From the NCBI GenBank assembly GCA_039194325.1, contig JBCCWC010000001.1:96001-160000 (forward strand): a DNA stretch of 64,000 nucleotides, read 5' to 3'. The position numbers and the translations under genes were made by a program. Shown here piece by piece: positions 19,201-27,545 of this stretch. This DNA is from Myxococcota bacterium. GTDB lineage: Bacteria; Myxococcota_A; Polyangia; Nannocystales; Nannocystaceae. The notes beneath the pieces are model-generated. The model worked only from the letters and a program-made list of their open reading frames with translations, had not been told where the DNA came from and ran no database searches. Position 1 is the stretch's first letter, and each line of letters begins with the position of its first letter.

Positions 19201-20769
19201 CGCCCGCACGCGCTGCCCCTCGCTGCTGTTGCCCTCGCGTACCTTCGCCAGCGCGGCGCGGCGGCGCTCGTAGACCCGCTCGGCGTAGGCATTCGCCAGC
19301 AGCGCCTCCACGGTGTCCCAGTCGGCCCCGGTGGCCGCGGTGTCGTCAAGCCGAGCCGCGAGGAAGGCGACGTCCTCGGCGGACAGCTCGAAGTAGTCCT
19401 CGATGCGATCGATCGCCTGCTGGCACTGGCCCGGATCGTTGATCTCGACCAGCGCGCTGTAGTCGACGGGGCCGATCGAGGCGCTGACGTTGGTGTCGAC
19501 GTCGGTCGGATCGGTGATGACCAGCGAATACGAGGGATCGCCCAGCCGCCGCCGCGCGGCCTGCTCGAGTATACGGTTGATCTCCCGCCACTGTCCCTCG
19601 ATCGTCAGCCGCAGCTGCATCATCCGCGCGAAGGACTCGACGTCAGGGAAGTGCAGATCGGTGGTGATGAACGCCGCGGCGTCGCCCTCGACGCGTTGAT
19701 GGTAGAGCTCTTCGAGCGAGTCGATCCCCGTCAGCGAGCTGAAATCGGGCGTGCCCCCCAGGGCGTCCGCGACGTTGGTTTCGAAGTCACGCGGATCGAC
19801 CGGGCTGAACACATACGCGGGATCGGTCAGGCGCTGGCGCGCGGCCTCTTGCAGCCGGTCGTTGATCTCGGCCCACTCGGCGTCTGCGTCGGCGCCGATG
19901 CGCTGCTCGTGCAGCTGCAGCACCGCCCGTAGCTCGTAGAGCTCAAGGAACAGGTTCGCCGGGACGAACGCGACGATCTCGCCAAAGCTGCGCAGCAGGG
20001 CCACGTCGAGCACCGCATCGGCGGCCCCGACCCCGGGCCCCGCGGGCACCAGGGCCAGCGGCTCACCGGGTCCGGGCTCGCCCAGGGCCACCGAGAGCAT
20101 GGCGAGCATGGCCGCCTCGGGGTCGTCGTCGTGCTCGAGCCGAGTGTCGCGTAGCGAGGTCGCCTGGCGCTCAACGTGGACCGAGCGGAGCTCGACCACC
20201 TGGGCGTGACTGACCACCACGTCGCGATCGGTCTGGTAGATCCGCGGCGTGCCTTCGTCGTCCTTGCCCGCGTGGAGTCGCGAGCCGGCGGGCAGCCGCA
20301 CCTGCGCCGTCCCCCGCGAGGGCTCAACGAGCACGTTGACTTGGTCGGGCACCGCCGGCCGCGGGGTCATGCCGAGGATCGTGCGAAAGTGGAACTCGAG
20401 GTGGCGCCGGGTGATCCCGTTGAGCTGGCCCTGGGCGTGACGCAGCAGCTCGAGGAAGGCCAGCAGCAGCGACAGGTGCGGCCGGTCGAGCGACTCACGA
20501 TCGTGCACCCCCTGCGGATCGGCCATGAAGGCCACCATCGCGTCGAGATCGGGCTCGGGACCCAGCAGTCCACCGAGATCTCCCTGCGGCGTGCCGTCAT
20601 CGCCGTGGTAGACGAGCTGCTTGGTGTACTCGCGCACGAACGCGAGCAGATCGGCGGCGGAGCGCTCGTCGATCGCGACGTGCTTCGCGTCGAGGGCCGC
20701 GGGCGCACGCGCGGCCTGGCTGCTGCCGTCGCGGTGCAAGACCGGGGGGAGGAGGACTGGGTTGGCCAT
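16210..20769 (-). CDS. eCIS baseplate J/gp47-family protein (Afp11-like), 1519 aa
   Basis: RDGSSQ..R, PHLSLLLAFL, RHLEFHFRTIL, AGKD, PFTPFG..P..GS, GELYIGL, RVSERLRHKQRALTVWDYERLVLQRFPQIYKAKCL, FLSPWA. Confidence 0.9.
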   Translation of the reverse strand: MANPVLLPPVLHRDGSSQAARAPAALDAKHVAIDERSAADLLAFVREYTKQLVYHGDDGTPQGDLGGLLGPEPDLDAMVAFMADPQGVHDRESLDRPHLSLLLAFLELLRHAQGQLNGITRRHLEFHFRTILGMTPRPAVPDQVNVLVEPSRGTAQVRLPAGSRLHAGKDDEGTPRIYQTDRDVVVSHAQVVELRSVHVERQATSLRDTRLEHDDDPEAAMLAMLSVALGEPGPGEPLALVPAGPGVGAADAVLDVALLRSFGEIVAFVPANLFLELYELRAVLQLHEQRIGADADAEWAEINDRLQEAARQRLTDPAYVFSPVDPRDFETNVADALGGTPDFSSLTGIDSLEELYHQRVEGDAAAFITTDLHFPDVESFARMMQLRLTIEGQWREINRILEQAARRRLGDPSYSLVITDPTDVDTNVSASIGPVDYSALVEINDPGQCQQAIDRIEDYFELSAEDVAFLAARLDDTAATGADWDTVEALLANAYAERVYERRRAALAKVREGNSSEGQRVRATFSLGLDQPLGPATAVQLYSLLEQWVGSDFDRALLLEVAHRVDTSAEPVTADEWARIDTIVELAQRSRERLPVPVPEIVEWLDIHPHTDATAVTTSLELEADRDIHRWKTFGTARVHEDQGSPPAPVLGWGLRSPLLALREGQRTITITLGFLPDKFEVGPIGQALPRDPLAVQLQTAAGWVEAELVTIEQGDYQQLSGVARTVDPALPALRLTVTLPPQAAALEGPSGSAPALRLMLRPVWDDERSRYVTLYEPLGGLTLDAVHIAVDVVGLTSLRLENDDGTLDARKPFTPFGRRPTVGSQVFIGHPELVDKRLDHVRFHVDWMRVPADLAQQYQHYGINNPDPVDPTGPELPPDFQVQIDLHDDRRDLTLTTEAPLFDSGDARASHSIELADVPAAVQAAVPGHAYERRPGSTPVDDPERVSTWARYLRWELSPLDFQHDAYPVVATLKANEMSAAVAAAIATPPQDGSAVDVADYQVKPPYTPTIKRLSVDYGSSAELRITEATGDGALDVLHHVHPFGTCELTPGPDGVPLLPRYDRYEGELYIGLRDVAAPQNLSLLVQMAEGSADPDLPGAAVEWSVLSGDRWVDLHDGSMRADGTRGLRSSGIVELSLPAVEPGASLPGGQYWLRAAIPRYTGSVCDTIAIATQAVSATFVDQGNAPAHYDVPLPAGTITKLASSVRGVAKIHQPYTGFGGSRPEQDAALDARVSERLRHKQRALTVWDYERLVLQRFPQIYKAKCLPARLDAGALPSQGEPGKVVVVVIPDIRNQIPFDPFEPKAPASTLAEIEAWLGDKVPGSATVEVRNAHYIAVKVRVSVRFYEGQDEGYARKTLNDEINRFLSPWAYDDGVDITIGERVYANSIIDFIDRRPYVDYVYGITLFRSDDGERFTQVEPSALEGYYVAAERADGVLVAARNHEIEIGAEGELAERTATGINYMTIGVDFVVSKPGLQGLVGIGFMGIEKDFIVGGDTTAAPIGIGRMSVAGSFRIG

Positions 20770-20779
20770 GGTAGACGCG

Positions 20780-21208
20780 CTAGGTGGCCCGAAGCTTGGT
20801 GTTGGTGGTGGTGAAGCGACCCTGGCCCGAGTACTCGGGGGTCGGGTCGGGGACCGGGGGGAAGGGGAACATGGCCGGCGCCTCCACGCGGAAGCGGGCG
20901 ACGAACTGGCTGCCCACCAGCAAGATCGGCTTGTCGCCGCTGTTGCTCTTGGTGGCGACTTGATCGCCGGCCAGCGAGGCGATCTCGAGGGTGCCCGTAC
21001 CGGGGATGATGAAGGGCGGCGCCAGGTACATGCAGCCGGGCACCGACACGGTGCGCTCGTCTCCGTCGACGCACAGGGCCTTGCTCTGGTAGGTCGCGGG
21101 CCCGCTGCCCACGAGGGTGCCGGGCTGGACGCTGACGATCGCCATGCCGAAGCCGGGCATGAACTCGGCGATGTCGCCGTCGATGAGGGCGTAGTCGGTC
21201 ATGGTCAT
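20780..21208 (-). CDS. eCIS spike tip protein (Afp10/Pvc10-like)
   Basis: LIDGD..F.P.FG.A.V, LCVDGDE..V..PGC.Y, PG.GTL.I..L..DQ, F.A.F.V..PA, G.G.F.T.N.K; between gp25 and baseplate J. Confidence 0.8.
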   Translation of the reverse strand: MTMTDYALIDGDIAEFMPGFGMAIVSVQPGTLVGSGPATYQSKALCVDGDERTVSVPGCMYLAPPFIIPGTGTLEIASLAGDQVATKSNSGDKPILLVGSQFVARFRVEAPAMFPFPPVPDPTPEYSGQGRFTTTNTKLRAT

Positions 21209-21645
21209 GCCCCCGGGCGCGTGGCCTCTTGCAGGTAGAACGGGAACACCAGGTTGTAGCGAGAGTTGGTGGCCCGCACGGTGTAGTCGACGCGGATCGT
21301 CAGCCGGCCGAAGACGGCGTCGTCGTCGGAGACGTCGACCGCCTCGAGGTGGATCCGCGGCTCGTACGAGACGATCGCGTTGGAGACGATCGCGGTCAGG
21401 TCATTGACCAGGGCCTGGCTGACCGGCTCGAACTGGAACGCGCTCAGATCGCAGCCGAAGTCGGGCCGCATGACCCGCTCGCCGAGGGCGGTCGACAGCA
21501 AGATCTCCAGGCTCTGGCTGATGTCCTCGGCCCCCTCGACCATGTCGACGGTGGCGCCGCCGGGGCCAAACCGGGGCGGGAACCCCCAGCCCTTGCCCAG
21601 GAACGATCCGTGCTCACCCTTCGAATCACTCTCGGTCTCGCTCAT
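21205..21645 (-). CDS. GPW/gp25 baseplate protein (Afp9-like)
   Basis: FLGKGWGFPP, EDISQSLEILLSTALGERVMRPDFGCDL, YEPRI, TNSRYNLVFPFY. Confidence 0.95.
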   Translation of the reverse strand: MSETESDSKGEHGSFLGKGWGFPPRFGPGGATVDMVEGAEDISQSLEILLSTALGERVMRPDFGCDLSAFQFEPVSQALVNDLTAIVSNAIVSYEPRIHLEAVDVSDDDAVFGRLTIRVDYTVRATNSRYNLVFPFYLQEATRPGA

Positions 21646-21649
21646 GGTG

Positions 21650-21841
21650 TTACTCCGAGCGCTGGTCTCCGCTGGCCGCGAGGGTCGGGACGGGCGTTGG
21701 TGTGGTGGCGCCCACCTGCCCCTTGGCTTGCTGCTGGAGGCTGGCGATGAGCTCGTAGACCCGCACGAAGGGCAGCTGCCCCAGGCCTTCGAGGATCAGG
21801 TTGGCCTCGTCCACGGTCACCGATAGCTGAATGTGCTTCAT
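21650..21841 (-). CDS. Small hypothetical protein (63 aa) inside the eCIS operon
   Basis: MKHIQLSVTVDEANLILEGLGQLPFVRVYELIASLQQQAKGQ...; fills the vgrG-gp25 gap exactly. Confidence 0.7.
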   Translation of the reverse strand: MKHIQLSVTVDEANLILEGLGQLPFVRVYELIASLQQQAKGQVGATTPTPVPTLAASGDQRSE

Positions 21842-21861
21842 CGTTGGCCCTGCTCTTTTGG

Positions 21862-23547
21862 CTACATCACGTCGGTCTTGGGCGCCTCGATCTCGACCTT
21901 GCTGTCCGAGGCGATCTTGATGTCGGACGATGCCTTGATCTTCAGCTTGCCGTCGACGGAGATCTCGAGGTCCTTGACGCTCTTGATCGTGATCCCGTCT
22001 TTGTCGAGGGTGATCGAGTTGCCGTGCTGGTCGGTCAGCTTGATGCACTCGTCATCGTCGCTCAGCAGGATCTTGTTCTCGTCGGGGGTCTCGATGAACA
22101 CCGAGGGGTTGTCGTCGTCCTTGAACCCGATGATCGTGCCCTTTTTGGTGACGATCGCTTTTTTGAGGTTGTCCTTGTCGGGGTCGCCGACGTACTCGGG
22201 CTGTGCGTTCTTCGAGCTGAACAGCGCCCCCAAGATCACGGCCTGGCGCGGGTCGTCGTTGAAGAACCCAACGACGACCTCGTCGTCCTTCTCGGGCCGA
22301 AAGTAGTAGCCCCGCTCGTTGCCCGCGTCGGGGGTGGCCAGCCGGGCCCACACCGCGCCCTCCGACTCGTGGACCGCGGGCACGATCACCTTGACCCGCA
22401 GCTCCTCCTTGGGGTCTTCCTCGAACTCGTCGACGATGCCCACCTGCAGCCCGGTGACCGCGGGCAGCAGGCCGGCGGCCGGGACGGCGGTGACGTCTTC
22501 CTCGTGGCTGAACCATGCGGGGTCGAGCCCGAGGGTGAGCGTGGTCTTCCAGTTCTGGGCGCCCACCTCGTGCTCGACACCGGTCACCAGCGCGGTGCCG
22601 TTGAAGCGCTGGCCCATGCGCTGCAGGTCGACCAGGTCGAGCGGCTTGATGTCGGCCTGCCCGCGCACGGTGATCGTGCCGCGGATCAGGGCCAGCCGGC
22701 TGCGTGCCAGCCGGGCGTTGGCCCAGCGCTTGAGCTCGGCCGACGGCAGCGGGGTGAGCTGGGAGAGCGTGGCGGTGGGCAGCCCCAGGTCGTCGGCGAT
22801 CCGGCCGCCGTCGAGGTTGCCCTGCGACAGCGAGGTCTCTTGGGCTTGCTCGGCCGAGGTGGGGGCCTGGTCGCCGATGTCCCAGCCCACGCTCTTGATC
22901 TTGCTGTACTGGCTCAGGCCGTCGATCTCGAGATCGAGCGCGTAGACCTCGTCCATGCCGTAGCGGAAGGTCTGCGAGCCGCGGCCGCGGATCTCCATCT
23001 TCTTGGCCGACACGGCGCCGTCGTTGGCGCAGACCAGCAGGCCCTGCACATCGGCCCGCGCGAGGATGAAGTCCCAGTCGGTGGCGTGGTACTGGACCAG
23101 CTCGGCGTGCTTGGGCTGGGTGCTATCGACGGTGCCCACCTGCAGGCCGCCGTCCTGGAGGAGCTTTTGGATCACGTCGCCGTCGGTCTGGTCGCGAAAG
23201 ACGGTGCTCTTGCGCACCTGGGTGAGCTTGACCGCCTCGTCCTTGAGCTCGACCCGCAGGGTCGAGCCTGCTTCGGAGGCTTGCACGCCGTGCCGCACCA
23301 CCACGCCCTTGAACACCGTGGTGTCCGACTTTCCCTCGTAGCGCAGCTTGATCTCGAGCTTCTTGCCCGGCTCGAAGAACGCCGCATCGCTGAGCGCGAA
23401 CTTCCCCTGGGCGACGTCGCCGTCGCGTAGCTCGAGGCTGGCGTGGGGAATTCGGCCGACCTGCTTGCTCGTCTCGACTTTGATCACCTCGTAGGGCTTG
23501 TCGAGCTTGGCTCCTCCGCTGAGGATCGTGGCGGTGACGACGGTCAT
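21862..23547 (-). CDS. vgrG: VgrG/gp5-gp27 spike protein (Afp8-like)
   Basis: VGRIPHA.L.L.DGD, LVQYHATDWDFILARAD, GLQVGIV, VWARLATPDAGNERGYYFRPEKDDEVVVGFFNDDPRQAVILG, beta-helix C-terminus. Confidence 0.93.
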   Translation of the reverse strand: MTVVTATILSGGAKLDKPYEVIKVETSKQVGRIPHASLELRDGDVAQGKFALSDAAFFEPGKKLEIKLRYEGKSDTTVFKGVVVRHGVQASEAGSTLRVELKDEAVKLTQVRKSTVFRDQTDGDVIQKLLQDGGLQVGTVDSTQPKHAELVQYHATDWDFILARADVQGLLVCANDGAVSAKKMEIRGRGSQTFRYGMDEVYALDLEIDGLSQYSKIKSVGWDIGDQAPTSAEQAQETSLSQGNLDGGRIADDLGLPTATLSQLTPLPSAELKRWANARLARSRLALIRGTITVRGQADIKPLDLVDLQRMGQRFNGTALVTGVEHEVGAQNWKTTLTLGLDPAWFSHEEDVTAVPAAGLLPAVTGLQVGIVDEFEEDPKEELRVKVIVPAVHESEGAVWARLATPDAGNERGYYFRPEKDDEVVVGFFNDDPRQAVILGALFSSKNAQPEYVGDPDKDNLKKAIVTKKGTIIGFKDDDNPSVFIETPDENKILLSDDDECIKLTDQHGNSITLDKDGITIKSVKDLEISVDGKLKIKASSDIKIASDSKVEIEAPKTDVM

Positions 23548-23568
23548 GGTCGGGGTCGAGGGTTAGGT

Positions 23569-23598
23569 CGAGAGCGAGAACGAGAACGAGAACGAGAG
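23569..23598. repeat. 6-bp tandem repeat (CGAGAA/G x5)
   Basis: cgagag cgagaa cgagaa cgagaa cgagag in the afp7-vgrG spacer. Confidence 0.75.
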
Positions 23599-23621
23599 TC
23601 AGTCGCGTCGAGGTCGTCGCG

Positions 23622-24317
23622 TCATTCGAGGGGCGGGAACACGAGCACCTGCCCGGGGCGCAGGCGCCGAAAGTCGTCGAGATCGTTGGCCCGGGCCACC
23701 AAGGTGCAGTGGGCGGAAGATCCGTAGATCCGCTGGCACATCAGCGGCAGGGTGTCTCCGGCCCGCACCTGCCGCAGGTGGCTGACGTCGGGCGAGGAGC
23801 GGTTCTCCTCCTGGGCGCGCTTTTTGTTGGACTTGTCCTCGTCGAAGCTCAGGGTGACCTCGGCGCGCAGCGGCGAGCCATCCCGGGCAAAGAGCGTGTA
23901 CCGGCACTCGAGCTGGCGGATCCGGCAGTCGAGCTTCTGGATCACCCCCCGCCCCCACTGGAGCCGGAGGAAGTTGGGCTCGTGGGTGCTGCCGTTGACC
24001 CGCACGCCCAGGTCGAGCAATTGTTCGACCCGGTCGGCGACCGACAGCAATTGGCTGCCGGGTGAGCCGGTCTCGGCGTACCCGGTGCCGTCGAGGGTGA
24101 GGGTGATCGACGAGGGAGAGCGCTCGGAGTGGACGAAGTTGGTCTGCTGGCCGCCGCTGCCCATCGCGTCGACCTTGGCGTAGACCACCGAGTACGACAG
24201 GCTGAACGACTCGGGGTTGAACATCGCCTCGAACATGCCGATCCGCATGGTGCGGTCGCGATCGGAGAAGGCGACGATCTGGAGCTTCTCGAGCTTGCCG
24301 GGGCTAGTCAGGGGCAT
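23622..24317 (-). CDS. CIS tube initiator with LysM domain (Afp7-like)
   Basis: LEKLQI, FEAMFNPESF, HEPNFLRLQWG, YTLFARDGSPLRAEV, SSPD..H...VRAGDTLPLMCQRIYG..VARANDLDDFRRLRPGQVLVFPP; start at ATG 24317. Confidence 0.92.
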   Translation of the reverse strand: MPLTSPGKLEKLQIVAFSDRDRTMRIGMFEAMFNPESFSLSYSVVYAKVDAMGSGGQQTNFVHSERSPSSITLTLDGTGYAETGSPGSQLLSVADRVEQLLDLGVRVNGSTHEPNFLRLQWGRGVIQKLDCRIRQLECRYTLFARDGSPLRAEVTLSFDEDKSNKKRAQEENRSSPDVSHLRQVRAGDTLPLMCQRIYGSSAHCTLVARANDLDDFRRLRPGQVLVFPPLE

Positions 24318-24336
24318 CGATCTCTCCTTGTCTGGC

Positions 24337-24507
24337 CTATCTCTCTTTGGACTTACGCCGGCGGTGGTTGAGGCGACGCAGGCAGGCTTCGACGATCCGG
24401 TCGAAGTCTTCGCGGGAAAGCTCGGCCCGATCACGCCCCGCGCGACGCCCTATGGCGGGCTCACGGACCGCGGCGCGGATGATGATTTCGCGAATTTCCA
24501 CCGTCAT
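24337..24507 (-). CDS. Small Afp6-like protein (DUF5908-like), 56 aa
   Basis: MTVEIREIIIRAAVRE...DRIVEACLRRLNHRRRKSKER; typical position between tube and LysM genes; below the ORF-track cutoff. Confidence 0.8.
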   Translation of the reverse strand: MTVEIREIIIRAAVREPAIGRRAGRDRAELSREDFDRIVEACLRRLNHRRRKSKER

Positions 24508-24510
24508 GGC

Positions 24511-24960
24511 TCAGATCTTCAGCACTTGCATGCGGGTGTACTGGAGCTCGATCGTGTCGATGACCACGCCCGGGCTGCCGGCGTTTAGATCGCCCGTGCT
24601 CCACTTGGTGGGGTAGGCTCGGTAGAAGAACCAGGCGGCGGCCGGTCGCTGCTGCTCATCGAGCACCTGGACCAGCACGTCGGTGGTCATGTAGCGAAAA
24701 GAAGAGAGCGCTAGCGTCATCTGCAAGTTGACGAAGGACCCCACCACCATCCCCCGCGTGAGCGTGAGCGGGCTGTTGCTGAGCTTGTCGGGCAAGCCCC
24801 AGGGGTGCAGGTTGTGGCCCCCTTCGATCAATTTCGTGGTGTCCATGGTCGCCGAGAGCCCCGAGACGCTCTGGAAGTGCGTCTCCAGCGGGAACCCGTC
24901 GTTGATCCACCGGGTGAACGAGACCTTGAAGCGGTGGCTGAGTATGGGCGGGTCGGTCAT
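24511..24960 (-). CDS. Phage tail tube protein, T4 gp19 family (Afp5-like)
   Basis: DPP..HRFKV.F, FQSVSGL, EGG.N, LTLTRG, W.F..AYPTKW....LNA, IDTIELQY. Confidence 0.9.
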   Translation of the reverse strand: MTDPPILSHRFKVSFTRWINDGFPLETHFQSVSGLSATMDTTKLIEGGHNLHPWGLPDKLSNSPLTLTRGMVVGSFVNLQMTLALSSFRYMTTDVLVQVLDEQQRPAAAWFFYRAYPTKWSTGDLNAGSPGVVIDTIELQYTRMQVLKI

Positions 24961-24975
24961 GACTTCGCTACTGAG

Positions 24976-25422
24976 CTACGGGTTCATGATGGAGATCCCC
25001 GAGGCCATCAGCTCGAAGGTATCGACTGACACCTCGCGGCCGTCGGCGCTGAACGAGGGCGGGGTGAGCTTGGTGGGGACAGCCCGGGCGATCTGCCAGA
25101 CCACGGTGGGGCTGCCGTGGGCATCGCAGAGGCTGACGGTCATCGAGCGCGCGCCTCCTTGCGCAAACCACTGGTACAAGGACATGTCGCCCGCGGCCAT
25201 GGTGCCGCGCTTGAGGGTGAGGGGCTTGTACTGATCTACGTGGTAGACCGCGAGCTGCTCCCCCTCCCAGGCGCTCATCCCGTGGCGGTAGGTCACGGTC
25301 TCGCTGGCGAGCTCGAGGCCCGAGACCTCCGAGACGCTCATCATCAGGCCGTCGACCGAGACCTGAAAGTTGTACGCCATCAGCGGCGGCGTGGTGAGCT
25401 CGGTGTCTTCATCGATTGCCAT
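24976..25422 (-). CDS. Phage tail tube protein, T4 gp19 family
   Basis: PLMAYNFQVSVDG, SEVSGL, YRHG, LTLKRG, AVPTKLTPPSFSA, VDTFELMA. Confidence 0.9.
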   Translation of the reverse strand: MAIDEDTELTTPPLMAYNFQVSVDGLMMSVSEVSGLELASETVTYRHGMSAWEGEQLAVYHVDQYKPLTLKRGTMAAGDMSLYQWFAQGGARSMTVSLCDAHGSPTVVWQIARAVPTKLTPPSFSADGREVSVDTFELMASGISIMNP

Positions 25423-25516
25423 GTTCGTTCACTCTCGCCCAGATCGCTCGTGCGCCGCCGCGAAGCGTCGGGGACGGGCCTGCGCTCCGTTGCCCGCCGC
25501 GCAGACCCGCCCCCGC

Positions 25517-25990
25517 CTAGAGCACCTCGACCATCACCGCGTCGGCCATCAGCTCCATGGTCTCCACGGCCACGTCGTTGCCGTTGGCGTCGAACGAGGG
25601 GGCGTCGAGCTTGGTGGGAAACGCGTTGCTGACCTTCCAGCTGATGATGGCGCTCCCGGCCTCGTCGAGCAGGCGGACGTAGATGTCTTTCTTGTCCACC
25701 TGATTGAGCTGGACCGACTGGATCCACTCGTACAGGTTGGTCATGCTGTCGGCGGTGACCAGGCCCTTCTCGAGGGTGACCGTGGCGTTGGAGGGCTGCG
25801 ACGGCATGTGCATGACCACGGGGCCGACCTTGCCGCCCTCGGTCTGGCTCTGCTTGTAGGTGGTCGTCTCGTAGGACATGCTGAGCCCCGAGACCTTGGC
25901 GAACGAGACCGCGGTGCCGTCGATCTCGACCCGGTAGTTGTAGACCGGCAGCGGGTAGGAATTCTTGATCTCTTCTCTAGACAGAGCCAT
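25517..25990 (-). CDS. Major tail tube protein, T4 gp19 family (Afp1-like)
   Basis: YPLPVYNYRVEI, SFAKVSGL, VTLEKG, WKVSNAFPTKLDAPSFDANGNDVAVETMELMA. Confidence 0.92.
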   Translation of the reverse strand: MALSREEIKNSYPLPVYNYRVEIDGTAVSFAKVSGLSMSYETTTYKQSQTEGGKVGPVVMHMPSQPSNATVTLEKGLVTADSMTNLYEWIQSVQLNQVDKKDIYVRLLDEAGSAIISWKVSNAFPTKLDAPSFDANGNDVAVETMELMADAVMVEVL

Positions 25991-25994
25991 GGGC

Positions 25995-27350
25995 TTATGC
26001 CTCCTGGACCTTGTGGGTGAACTTGAGCACGATGAACTCGGCGGGGCGCGACGCGGCGATGCCGATCTCCACGTTCATTCGGCCCTCGAGGACGTCTTGC
26101 TCGGTCATCGTTCGACCGAGGCCCACGTTGACGTAGTAGGCCTGCTCGGGGCTGGTGCCGGCCAGGGCCCCCTGCTCCCACAGCCGATACAGGTAGCTCT
26201 CGATCATGCCGCGGACCTTGAGCCAGGTGGTCTCGTCGTTGGGCTCGAACACGGCGAAGGCGGTCGACTTTTGGGTCGACTCCTCGATCTGGTTGAACAG
26301 CCGCCGAGTCGAGACGTAGCGCCACTCATTGTCGTTGCCCGCCAGGGTGCGAGCGCCCCACACGAGGGTGCCCTTGCCGGTGAAGGCCCGGACCGCGTTG
26401 ATCGACTTGCCGGCGGTGGGATCGACGTTGAGCCCCTCTTGGGCGTCGTTGGAGATCTTGAGGGTGGGCGCCACCACCGAGGCGAGGCTTACGTTGGCGG
26501 GGGCCTTCCAAACGCCGCGATCACGGTCGACCGAGGCGTAGACCCCCGCGATCGCGGCGCTGGGGGGCATGGTGATCCGCTGCTGGGCGAGGGCGAGCTT
26601 GATCTCGCTATAGAGCGCGGTCTTGGTGGAGCGGATCGTCGCGAGGGTGTCGCCGCCGACCGTCACGCTGGCTTCGTCGTGCGGGTAGCTCAGCGAGGTC
26701 TGCAGGTGGGGGTGGTACGCGGCGCCGTACATCAGGTCATTCGTGCCTATGCCGTCGCGGAATCCGGTGACGTCCGCGTCGTCTAGGACGTCGAGGATGA
26801 CGAAGCGATCGCGCAGCTTGGCACACTGCGCAAGCGCGCTCTGGGCCAAGTCGTGGTAGTCGGCCGGTGGTAGGTCGACCGCGTCGGTCAGCACGATGAG
26901 GGTGGGCTCATCTTCTTGTTCGATGAGCGCGAGCCCGGCCTCGAACGCGGCCTTGGCGGGGACGGTCGTGTCGTAGTCGCCGATCGTCGCGATGTAGCAG
27001 GGGCCACCGCCGTTCTTGAAGTACAGGTTGACCGCGTGGTAGAGCAGGAAGCTCGGCTCTGCGGCGGGCGCCTCGCGAGTGAGGGCGTCGAGCCGCTCGT
27101 CGTCTCCGGTGCCGGTGGTGGTGGCGCTATAGCCACGGATCTTGGGGCCTCCGAAGATCTCCTCGAATTCCAGCATGGTGGAGATCTTGGCGATCTGGGG
27201 GATATACGTGATGGGAGGACCCTGGTCGTAGCTTCCTCCTTTTTGGGTATATCCGACAAACGCCGGAACTGCGGTCGACACCTCGGCCACCGATGGTGGC
27301 AGCGTAGAAATCTCTTCGACGTAAACGCCGGGCCTCTTGTACATAGCCAT
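25995..27350 (-). CDS. Phage tail sheath protein (Afp2/3/4-like)
   Basis: YKRPGVYVEE, STAVPAFVGYT, YFKNGGGPCYI, PPSAAIAGVYASVDRDRGVWKAPANV, VWGARTL, WRYVSTRR, VFEPND, RPAEFIVLKF. Confidence 0.96.
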   Translation of the reverse strand: MAMYKRPGVYVEEISTLPPSVAEVSTAVPAFVGYTQKGGSYDQGPPITYIPQIAKISTMLEFEEIFGGPKIRGYSATTTGTGDDERLDALTREAPAAEPSFLLYHAVNLYFKNGGGPCYIATIGDYDTTVPAKAAFEAGLALIEQEDEPTLIVLTDAVDLPPADYHDLAQSALAQCAKLRDRFVILDVLDDADVTGFRDGIGTNDLMYGAAYHPHLQTSLSYPHDEASVTVGGDTLATIRSTKTALYSEIKLALAQQRITMPPSAAIAGVYASVDRDRGVWKAPANVSLASVVAPTLKISNDAQEGLNVDPTAGKSINAVRAFTGKGTLVWGARTLAGNDNEWRYVSTRRLFNQIEESTQKSTAFAVFEPNDETTWLKVRGMIESYLYRLWEQGALAGTSPEQAYYVNVGLGRTMTEQDVLEGRMNVEIGIAASRPAEFIVLKFTHKVQEA

Positions 27351-27376
27351 CGTCTCCTACAATCAGAACGGGAGGG

Positions 27377-27545
27377 AGGTCAGTTTCGGAAGGTCAGCTT
27401 CGGAAAGGTCAGCTTCGGAAAGGTCAGCTTCGGAAAGGTCAGCTTCGGAAAGGTCAGGTCAGGAAAGCTCGGTCAGGCCGATTGGTTCGAGCCCATTGGG
27501 TCAGGCCACTTGGGTCAAGCCACTTGGGTCAAGCCACTTGGGTCA
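27377..27545. repeat. Two abutting tandem repeats: 15-bp AGGTCAGCTTCGGAA (4 perfect plus degenerate copies) and 14-bp GCCACTTGGGTCAA (x3)
   Basis: Perfect 15-mers at 27391-27450; 14-mers at 27505-27545 overlapping the stop codon of the upstream gene. Confidence 0.9.

Noticed and set aside
7546..23430. Long plus-strand ORFs (e.g. 7546-9444, 9249-11039, 11519-13546, 16435-18111, 21844-23430)
   Set aside because: Antisense shadows of well-supported minus-strand genes, expected in high-GC DNA; no recognisable motifs
27377..27545. Possible CRISPR array (also 31576-31683 and 63661-63740)
   Set aside because: Units are directly adjacent with no unique spacers, are shorter than CRISPR repeats, and no cas genes are present
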